A stretch of DNA of 32,000 nt from NCBI GenBank assembly GCA_934613415.1, contig CAKTSY010000001.1, positions 540,001-572,000 of the forward strand. The letters run 5' to 3'. Within the stretch, counting starts at the first letter, position 1. The number at the start of each line of letters is the position of its first letter. A program made the position numbers and the translations under genes. Source of the DNA: an uncultured Opitutales bacterium. Lineage in GTDB: Bacteria; Verrucomicrobiota; Verrucomicrobiia; Opitutales; Intestinicryptomonadaceae. The notes under the pieces are model-generated. The model made no database searches. It was not told the origin of the DNA and worked only from the letters and a program-made list of their open reading frames with translations. Shown here piece by piece: positions 9,281 through 16,325 of the stretch.

Positions 9281-10191
9281 AAAGTTTTAAATTGGCGGTA
9301 CTGTGCGGCGGAATTTCGCCCGAAAGAGACGTTTCGCTAGTAAGCGGCAGCTATGTGGCAAAGGCTTTGGAAAATTTCTACGATGTGGAAAAATTTGAGC
9401 TTGCCGAAAACAAACTGCCCGAAAAGCTTAACGGCAAAGACTATGTTGTAATGCCCGTAATGCATGGCGACTACGGCGAAAACGGCGGGCTTCAGCGCGA
9501 CTTGGAAAACGCCAATATTGCATTTGCAGGCTGCGGCAGTTTGTCTAGCTCGGTTTGCATGGTTAAACCCGCGGCAAAAGCCCTTATGCGCTCGGCAAAT
9601 ATTAACACTGCAAAGGAAATTCTGTTTTGTTCTTCCGACAAAATTTCGGGGCAAAGCCTGGTAGAAATTTTGGACAATAAAACAGTAATAAAACCCGCCG
9701 ATAAAGGTTCAAGCGTTGGGCTTAAGTGCCCCGAAGGCGTTGCCGAAACCGACAGCGCGCTAAAAGATTTGGACAACGGGCAATGGATGGCCGAAAGCTT
9801 TTTTAAGGGACGCGAATTGTCGGTTGGCGTTTTAAACGGCCGCGCAATGGGCATTGTTGAAATAAAACCCGAAGGCGGCGTATACGACTTTAAACGCAAG
9901 TATACGGCGGGCTCTACAAAATACGAATTTCCCGCCCAAATAGGCGACGAAAATACAAAAAAAATTCAGGCTGCCGCCGAACGCGCCTACATAGCCTGCG
10001 GCTGCCGAGACTTTTGCAGGGTAGACTTTATTTTGGGCGAAACTTCGTTTATTGCGCTTGAAATAAACACGCTTCCGGGTATGACGCCCACAAGCTTGCT
10101 GCCCAAAAGCGCATCGTGCATAGGCTTAAGTTTTAACGACTTGTGCAACGAAATGGTAAAACCCGCAATACAAAGGTTTTTAAACAGCTAA
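9277..10191 (+). CDS. ddl: D-alanine--D-alanine ligase
   Basis: ATGA overlap with murC. Motifs LAVLCGGISPERDVSLVSG, an ATP-grasp core and EINTLPGMT are present. Confidence 0.9.
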   Translation: MKSFKLAVLCGGISPERDVSLVSGSYVAKALENFYDVEKFELAENKLPEKLNGKDYVVMPVMHGDYGENGGLQRDLENANIAFAGCGSLSSSVCMVKPAAKALMRSANINTAKEILFCSSDKISGQSLVEILDNKTVIKPADKGSSVGLKCPEGVAETDSALKDLDNGQWMAESFFKGRELSVGVLNGRAMGIVEIKPEGGVYDFKRKYTAGSTKYEFPAQIGDENTKKIQAAAERAYIACGCRDFCRVDFILGETSFIALEINTLPGMTPTSLLPKSASCIGLSFNDLCNEMVKPAIQRFLNS

Positions 10192-11057
10192 TGGCAACAA
10201 AACAAAAGTCTAAAACCTGGAAAGACATAGGCAAAAGCAAAAGCTCTAAAAAAGCCCCCTTGTCTTTCGAGGCAAAGTTCAGAAAATTTGCGATATTTTG
10301 CAAAATTGGCGGCTTTGTGCTGCTGTTGGCGGCCTTGGGCTTTGGCGCATACAAGGCGGTGCAGTTGGGCTTCGTAGACGACATTTTATACAACAAAAAT
10401 CAGGTTGCAAAAAAGCTGTTTTTAGACAACCCCGACGGCAAGATTTCCCCAAAATGGATAAGGGAATATCTGGGCATAAAAAAGGCAACCCCCATAGACA
10501 AAATAGACCTGCTTGGACTTAAGAAAAAAATCGAAAATGTAAATCAGGTAAGTTCGGCAAAAGTTGAAAGGGTTTACCCCGACCAAATAAAAATCTGCAT
10601 AACCGAGAAAAAGCCAATAGCCAAGGTAAACACAAACAACGGCGTTTTGCTTATGTCGGCAAACGGTGAATTTTTTGAACCTATATGCTATGCCGTAGAG
10701 GAAATCGACGCGTTTGTAGAGCTTACGGGTATAAAGATTTTGAAACAGGGCAAAAAATATGTTGCATACCCGATGGCAAAAACCGTAAACGAGCTTTTTG
10801 CGGAAACAAAAAAAATGCTGCCAGCGGTTTTCAACACCTACCAAAGGGTAGACTTAAGCGACCTGCACTCGAAGGTTTCGCCGCTGCTTGAAGTATACAC
10901 AAACGAAGACGTTAAAATAATATTTTTGGCGACAGATTTTAACAAGCAGCTTTCCAAGCTCGAATATGTTTTAAGATACGCAAAAGACAAATCCGTAAGG
11001 GGTGCACAAATAGACTTGTCTCTTGAAGGCCGTACTGATATGAAATTGCGAAAATAG
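10191..11057 (+). CDS. ftsQ: Cell division protein FtsQ (Lys-rich cytoplasmic N-terminus, one TM helix, POTRA domain)
   Basis: I prefer the ATG at 10191 (TAATG overlap with the ddl stop) over the track's GTG at 10143. The TM helix is FAIFCKIGGFVLLLAALGFGAY. The POTRA-like segment is ...IREYLGIKKATPIDKIDLLGLKKKIENVNQVSSAKVERVYPDQIKICITEKKPIA. It lies between ddl and ftsA. Confidence 0.75.
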   Translation: MATKQKSKTWKDIGKSKSSKKAPLSFEAKFRKFAIFCKIGGFVLLLAALGFGAYKAVQLGFVDDILYNKNQVAKKLFLDNPDGKISPKWIREYLGIKKATPIDKIDLLGLKKKIENVNQVSSAKVERVYPDQIKICITEKKPIAKVNTNNGVLLMSANGEFFEPICYAVEEIDAFVELTGIKILKQGKKYVAYPMAKTVNELFAETKKMLPAVFNTYQRVDLSDLHSKVSPLLEVYTNEDVKIIFLATDFNKQLSKLEYVLRYAKDKSVRGAQIDLSLEGRTDMKLRK

Positions 11058-11068
11058 GATAATTTTTT

Positions 11069-12268
11069 ATGAACGACAGCAAAATGGTGGCAGCCCTCGA
11101 AATAGGAACCTCGAAAATGCAGGTTTTTGTGGGGGAAATTGTAGACGGCGAGTCTTTAAGCATTATAGGAATGGGACAAAAGCCCAGTGCTGGCGTAAAA
11201 AAAGGCGACATTGTAGACTTAAAAAAAGCGTCGCAGTTGGCGCAAGAGGCAATTTTAGACGCCGAAAAAAACACAAGCATAAAAACAAAGTCTATTTATG
11301 TTAGCATTAGCGGCTCGCAAATAAAGGGCATGCGCACAATGGGCTATGCAAACGTGCGCAGCGCAAACAATATTGTTACCCAAGAAGACGTAGACAGAGC
11401 CTGCGAAGACGCAAAAAGCAAAACATTGCCCGAAAACAGAGCCTTTATACATTTCATTTGCTGCGGCTACTATATAGACGGCGTATATTGCCAAGACCCT
11501 GTCGGCAAGCGCGCCCGCCGCATAGACGCCGAATTTTGGCTTGTACACGACGATTGCGACGCCATTGCAAACACCGTTCACATTGTGCGAAGCTTCGGAA
11601 TGGAAGTAGACGACATTGTGCTTTCGGCGATTGCGTCGGCTAGAATGGTAACAAGCATGCAGCAGCGCAAGGAAGGCGTTTTGGTTATAGACATAGGCTG
11701 CGGCACAACCGACTATGCAATGTACAAAAATTCGAGAATAGTTATTGCCGGCACAATTCCCGTAGGCGGCGACCATATTACAAACGACCTTGCGCACGGC
11801 CTTAGGCTTTACAACAAAAACGCAGAGCTTTTAAAATGCAAAATAGGCAAAGCCGTAATTAGCGAAGACGAAAAATCGGAATTTATCTGGACAAAGGGCG
11901 ACCAGCAAATTGGCGACAGAAAAATTTCGCTAAACTCTATGAACATAATAATAAGGGCAAGGCTTGAAGAACTTTTCCTTATACTAAGAGACGAGCTTGG
12001 CGAGGTTTTCGACTCTACAATTCAAAGCGTTGTAATAACGGGCGGAACCTCGCGCCTTACGGGCATAAACGAGCTTGCCGAGGGCGTTTTGGGCGTAAAA
12101 TGCACAACGGGCAAATTCAATTCGTGGGTAAAACATTCGCTTTGCCACCCAGAATTTGCAACGTCGCTTGGGCTGTTAGACTACGCGCTTGAAAACGAAA
12201 TACGCAACGCTTCCGACTCGGGCGAAGGCCTGTTTTCTAAAATTAAGGGGCTTTGGAGGAATCTGTAA
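11069..12268 (+). CDS. ftsA: Cell division protein FtsA (actin-like ATPase) with a C-terminal amphipathic membrane-targeting helix
   Basis: Motifs ALEIGTSKMQV, VIDIGCGTTD and VITGGTSRLTGI (ASKHA phosphate/adenosine motifs) are present. The C-terminus GLFSKIKGLWRNL looks amphipathic. Confidence 0.9.
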   Translation: MNDSKMVAALEIGTSKMQVFVGEIVDGESLSIIGMGQKPSAGVKKGDIVDLKKASQLAQEAILDAEKNTSIKTKSIYVSISGSQIKGMRTMGYANVRSANNIVTQEDVDRACEDAKSKTLPENRAFIHFICCGYYIDGVYCQDPVGKRARRIDAEFWLVHDDCDAIANTVHIVRSFGMEVDDIVLSAIASARMVTSMQQRKEGVLVIDIGCGTTDYAMYKNSRIVIAGTIPVGGDHITNDLAHGLRLYNKNAELLKCKIGKAVISEDEKSEFIWTKGDQQIGDRKISLNSMNIIIRARLEELFLILRDELGEVFDSTIQSVVITGGTSRLTGINELAEGVLGVKCTTGKFNSWVKHSLCHPEFATSLGLLDYALENEIRNASDSGEGLFSKIKGLWRNL

Positions 12269-13017
12269 TGGCGGCAAACATAAAGATTATAGGAATCGGC
12301 AAAGGAGGCTCTTTTTTGGCGTCTAAGCTAAAGATGGGAGCCTTTAAAAACGCGGCGTGCTGCGCGGTTTCAACAAACAAGACCGATTTGGAAAGCGTTT
12401 CGATAGGCGAAAAAATGCTGATTAGTGCCGACCCCGAAGCCGCCCAACTTCAGATTGCGTCTATAAAGCGCAGCATAGAAGGATATTCCACAATAATTTT
12501 ATTGGCGCAATTTGGGGGAGATAAATCTGCGCATCTGACCGCCGCATTCGCAAAAATTGCAAAGACAATGAATATTGGCAGGCTTGCCATTTGCGCAATT
12601 GCAAACAAGATAGACGACTATTCCAGAGCCTCGCTTGCCCGCCTTAGGGAAAATTGCGAAAACCTGCTATGCCTACCGAACGACCTTTCCGTAGGCGAAA
12701 TATTCCGTCAAAACGATATAATGAAGTCCTTTCAGTATGTGCAGACAATTCCCCCGCAAAGGGTTGCGCCCGAAGTAAAGAAAACTTCGTTTATGTCGAA
12801 AATAACAAGGTCTAAACCCAAAGACACGCCGCCTGCCGAGCAAAAAAGCCAAACGCCAAAGGCGGCCTCGGGCGAAAACCTTGCCCAAGACGAATTTCCC
12901 TTCGTTTCGCTTTCCGAACAAAGGGGCTTTTTCGGCGATACAAAACGCAATTTCTACAACGGCGAAGATTTGGATATACCAACCTATTTGCGCCGAAACC
13001 TTAAAATTATAGTATAG
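12268..13017 (+). CDS. ftsZ: Degenerate, truncated FtsZ-like protein (~249 aa): N-terminal FtsZ-like half, Lys/Pro/Ser/Gln linker and conserved FtsZ C-terminal peptide
   Basis: The ATG at 12268 overlaps the ftsA stop (TAATG) and GGAGG lies 8 nt upstream; the track's 12253 start is a TTG. NIKIIGIGKGGSF compares with canonical IKVIGVGGGGxNA, AVSTNKTDL with AxNTDxQxL, and LLCLPND with LIxIPND. The C-terminal EDLDIPTYLRRN matches the FtsA-binding peptide. The tubulin signature GGGTG[ST]G is replaced by FGGDKSAH, and no T7 loop or C-terminal domain is present. Confidence 0.7.
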   Translation: MAANIKIIGIGKGGSFLASKLKMGAFKNAACCAVSTNKTDLESVSIGEKMLISADPEAAQLQIASIKRSIEGYSTIILLAQFGGDKSAHLTAAFAKIAKTMNIGRLAICAIANKIDDYSRASLARLRENCENLLCLPNDLSVGEIFRQNDIMKSFQYVQTIPPQRVAPEVKKTSFMSKITRSKPKDTPPAEQKSQTPKAASGENLAQDEFPFVSLSEQRGFFGDTKRNFYNGEDLDIPTYLRRNLKIIV

Positions 13018-13021
13018 AAAA

Positions 13022-13312
13022 ATGATAACCCACTTTGTTGTAATAAGAACTAAATCGGGCGAAAACGCCTCTAAAATTTTAGAGGGCCTGCAAACCCTAA
13101 AACAGATTAAATGCGCCGACAGCGTAAGTTTTGGCAGCCCCGTTGCCAGCGAAAGACCAGTTGTAGACGACACATTCACCGCCGCCTTGTGCGTTCAGTG
13201 CAAAGATTCCCAAACCCTTTCGCAATATCTTAACGACCCTATCCACGTTAAATTCGCCCAAGACTATCTAAAAAAGTATCAGGCAAAAATAACGGTGTAT
13301 GACGTTCAGTAG
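13022..13312 (+). CDS. Dabb (stress-responsive alpha/beta-barrel) domain protein
   Basis: A 96-aa protein. The pattern MITHFVVIR..., ...TAALCVQCKDSQTLSQYLNDPIHVKFAQ... is typical of the Dabb family. It starts 4 nt after the ftsZ-like stop. Confidence 0.7.
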   Translation: MITHFVVIRTKSGENASKILEGLQTLKQIKCADSVSFGSPVASERPVVDDTFTAALCVQCKDSQTLSQYLNDPIHVKFAQDYLKKYQAKITVYDVQ

Positions 13313-14657
13313 CAAAGACGCCTGCCAATATATTGCCGCCCAAGCGGCGGCTCTCGGCGGCCGCGCCTACTATGTGGGCGGCTGCGTGCGAGACTCTATT
13401 TTAGGCATACAGTCGAAAGATACCGACGTTGAAATTTTCGGGTTAAGCCCCGAACAAATAGAAAAAGTTTTGTCGAAAAAATTCCACTTCGAAGCTGTCG
13501 GCAAAAGCTTTGGGGTTTGGATTTTAAAAGGGCTGGATATAGACGTAAGTATGCCGCGCAAAGAGCGCAAAAACGGGCTGGGCCATAAATCGTTCGAAAT
13601 TATAGGCGACCCAAACCTTTCGCCCAAAGAGGCGTGCTCGCGCCGCGACTTTACCATAAACGCAATGCTGCGCGACATTTTAAGCGGCGAAATTATAGAC
13701 CCTTTTGACGGACAAAAAGACCTTGCAAAAAAGCTTATAAGGCACACTTCCGACAAGTTTGCGGAAGACCCTTTGCGCGTGCTTAGGGCAATGCAGTTTG
13801 CCGCGCGCTTCGATTTTGACGTGGCAGAAAAAACCGTCGAACTTTGCTCGAATATACCCATGGAAAACCTACCAAAAGAAAGGGTTTTTCAGGAATTTAA
13901 AAAGCTTATTTTAAAGGGCAAAAAAATTTCGAGGGGACTTGCCTTTTTAAGAGATTGCAACTGGGTTAAATATTTCCCCGAACTTTCGGCAATGGTTGGC
14001 TGCCCGCAAGACCCTATTTGGCACCCCGAAGGAGACGTATACACCCACACAATGCTTTGTATGGACTCTTTTGCGCAAGACCGCATTGGCGACGAAAAGG
14101 AAGACACCATTGTAGGCCTTGCCGTTTTATGCCACGATATGGGCAAACCCCTTTGCACTAAAAAAGACTCTACCGGACGCATACGCTCGCTAGGTCACGA
14201 CATTTTGGGAGGCCCTGTTGCCGAAAAGTTTTTACGCCGCATTAGCGACGAAAAAGTTTTGCTAGACGACGTAAAAGTTTTGGTTGAACGGCATATGGCA
14301 ATTTTAGACTTGTGGCGTTCAAAAGCGGGCGATTCCGCCATACGCAGGCTTGCAAACAAGGTAGGTCGCATAGACAGGCTTGTGCGCATCGACAAGGCCG
14401 ACCGCGAAGGCCGCGCCGTAAAAGAGGTAGAAAGCTCGCCACAGGGCGAATGGATTTTGTCGAGAGCCGAAGAATTGAAAATTAAAGATTCCGCCCCCAA
14501 GCCCCTGCTAATGGGAAGGCACCTTATAGAGCGCAAGCTAAAGCCGTCGCCAAAGTTTGCCGAAATTTTAAACGCCGCCTACGAAGCCCAGCTAGACGGA
14601 AAATTCTTCGACCTAGACGGCGCGTTGAAATATCTAGACAATGTGTTGCTAAAGTAG
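13299..14657 (+). CDS. cca: tRNA nucleotidyltransferase (CCA-adding enzyme) with a C-terminal HD phosphohydrolase domain
   Basis: The Pol-beta head motif is GGCVRDSILG...DTDVEIFG. RRDFTINAM and the HD motif LCHDMGKP are present. It overlaps the Dabb gene by 14 nt. Confidence 0.85.
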   Translation: MTFSSKDACQYIAAQAAALGGRAYYVGGCVRDSILGIQSKDTDVEIFGLSPEQIEKVLSKKFHFEAVGKSFGVWILKGLDIDVSMPRKERKNGLGHKSFEIIGDPNLSPKEACSRRDFTINAMLRDILSGEIIDPFDGQKDLAKKLIRHTSDKFAEDPLRVLRAMQFAARFDFDVAEKTVELCSNIPMENLPKERVFQEFKKLILKGKKISRGLAFLRDCNWVKYFPELSAMVGCPQDPIWHPEGDVYTHTMLCMDSFAQDRIGDEKEDTIVGLAVLCHDMGKPLCTKKDSTGRIRSLGHDILGGPVAEKFLRRISDEKVLLDDVKVLVERHMAILDLWRSKAGDSAIRRLANKVGRIDRLVRIDKADREGRAVKEVESSPQGEWILSRAEELKIKDSAPKPLLMGRHLIERKLKPSPKFAEILNAAYEAQLDGKFFDLDGALKYLDNVLLK

Positions 14658-14664
14658 CATTTTG

Positions 14665-16152
14665 CTAAAACAGCATAAAGCACCCTACCATTACCGCGGC
14701 TGGGAACAGCGCATAAAGCAAAAGCATAACGGGCGAAACACCGTTTTTAAAGCATGGCGACAATATAGAAACGCCCGCAGGGTTCGGCGCATTTGCAATA
14801 ATTGTAAGCCCGCCGCCCGAAACCGCGCCGGCCACTACCATATATTTCATTGTGTCCGACAAATTCGGAACAAGCGAAGCCAAATAGGTAATTGCGGCGT
14901 TGTCGTTAAACGCGCTTAAAATCATCGAGCCGAAAAATATCATATCCTTGCCCATTCTGCCAAGCAAAGGTTCTATCCACCAAGCCTGCAAACCGCCGTG
15001 AATGACCAAGCCCGTAAGGAACAAGCCAACCAAAACGGGGCTGCGCAACGACACTTTGTTTTGGTATTGGGCAGTGCCTTCCACAAATGCCAGAAAAAGC
15101 AAAAAACCGAAGCACAAAAGCACAATGTGGTGCAAAAACATAACCGAATACGCCAAAAAGAAAACGTGCGCCATCATTATAAACTTTACGGTAACCGACT
15201 CGCGCTTTTGCCCCATATCCAAGTCGCTGTGCATTTTTGCCATATAGGAAAAGTCTTTGGCAAACGCAAAACGCCCAACAACCACGCAAATAACAATGCC
15301 CACTACCGCGCTTAGCCCGAAATTTTCAAGCATATACAAAAAGCCCCAGTCCCATTTTGCGGCAATCATCAACACCGGAGGGGCTGCAAAGTGGGTAAGA
15401 GTACCCCCTACCGAAACAGAGGCAAGCAATACCGCAAGCGTATAATACTTAAAGTGCCCCGAAGGCCTTAGCTTGAATATCTTTTTATGCAAAAGCATTG
15501 CCGAAATTGTAATTGCGGCAGGCTCGGTTATAAACGAACCCAAAAGAGGCCCTATTATTAAAATTGCGCACCACCAAGCGGCGGGAGTTCCCGAACCTAT
15601 TCGCGCAAAAAAGCCTATTAAGTCTTCCGCCAATCTTATTACGGGGCGCGTTGCCGAAATTGTCATAATAACAATAACAAAGGCAGGTTCCGTAAACTTC
15701 TTTTCTACATACATTAGCGAATTTAAATATTCAAGCAACGCCGAATGCCCCTTAAAGAAAACAATTGCCGCAAATAGCGGTATAAGCCAAATGGCAAAAA
15801 CCGTTTCTATTTCGCCCATATAGTGCAATGTTGTTGCCAAAAGGCTTACGCGCCTTTTATGGGGCAGCTTGCCGCTGCGTATAAGCGGCTCTAGTTTGTT
15901 CGAGTATCTGCGGGCAACCTTTTTCGACAACGATTCAAAAAACGGACACACAAAGGTGTGCACTATTGCCATAAAAAAGATTATTGCCGCCCACAAATTA
16001 AACGGGTCTTTTTTTATTCTGTCGACCAAAGTGCGCCAAAGGCACTCGCTTTGAGCCCCGTATTCGGAAATGGGCAAAGGAAATTGGTCTACCGCGTTTG
16101 CAGCGCACGCAACCCCCGCCAAAACAACAGCTGTTAAAAATACCTTCTTCAT
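14665..16152 (-). CDS. Polytopic membrane transporter, ion-transporter (IT) superfamily-like, possibly the 'putative Na+/H+ antiporter' family
   Basis: I prefer the start at MKKVFLTAVVLAGVACAANA (16152, signal-peptide-like; alternative 16167). The track's 16428 start would overlap the divergent regulator gene. There are more than 10 hydrophobic helices. Two hairpin-like repeats, VGGTLTHFAAPPV and GGGLTIIANAPNPAG, are reminiscent of IT-superfamily re-entrant loops. Confidence 0.6.
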   Translation of the reverse strand: MKKVFLTAVVLAGVACAANAVDQFPLPISEYGAQSECLWRTLVDRIKKDPFNLWAAIIFFMAIVHTFVCPFFESLSKKVARRYSNKLEPLIRSGKLPHKRRVSLLATTLHYMGEIETVFAIWLIPLFAAIVFFKGHSALLEYLNSLMYVEKKFTEPAFVIVIMTISATRPVIRLAEDLIGFFARIGSGTPAAWWCAILIIGPLLGSFITEPAAITISAMLLHKKIFKLRPSGHFKYYTLAVLLASVSVGGTLTHFAAPPVLMIAAKWDWGFLYMLENFGLSAVVGIVICVVVGRFAFAKDFSYMAKMHSDLDMGQKRESVTVKFIMMAHVFFLAYSVMFLHHIVLLCFGFLLFLAFVEGTAQYQNKVSLRSPVLVGLFLTGLVIHGGLQAWWIEPLLGRMGKDMIFFGSMILSAFNDNAAITYLASLVPNLSDTMKYMVVAGAVSGGGLTIIANAPNPAGVSILSPCFKNGVSPVMLLLYALFPAAVMVGCFMLF

Positions 16153-16325
16153 TTTCGTATTTAACATTAGCCCTTTTTTGCAAAAAAAGCTTTCTACGTC
16201 AACAATATCCGACCTGTTTAAATCGGATAATATTTCGATGCCATAAAATTTTACATTATTGTAGTTTTTTTGTTGAAGAGAAAAAATAAACAGGCAATAT
16301 TTACCGCGTGAAACAAAACCCCAAT

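Noticed and set aside
11255-11797. A 180-aa minus-strand ORF inside ftsA. Similar antisense ORFs lie at 5290-5745 (LysM gene), 12673-13179 (ftsZ-like/Dabb), 13370-13861 (cca) and 9492-9899 (ddl).
   Set aside because: All are antisense to confidently assigned genes. They have aberrant composition (Cys/Arg/Phe-rich) and no start-site context.
12268-13017. The possibility that the short ftsZ-like gene is a frameshifted pseudogene, or that the C-terminal domain is encoded in another frame.
   Set aside because: The ORF is uninterrupted and ends with the canonical C-terminal peptide. The next gene (Dabb) starts 4 nt later, so there is no spare DNA for the ~450 nt that a T7 loop and C-terminal domain would need. 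An assembly artefact cannot be excluded without reads.
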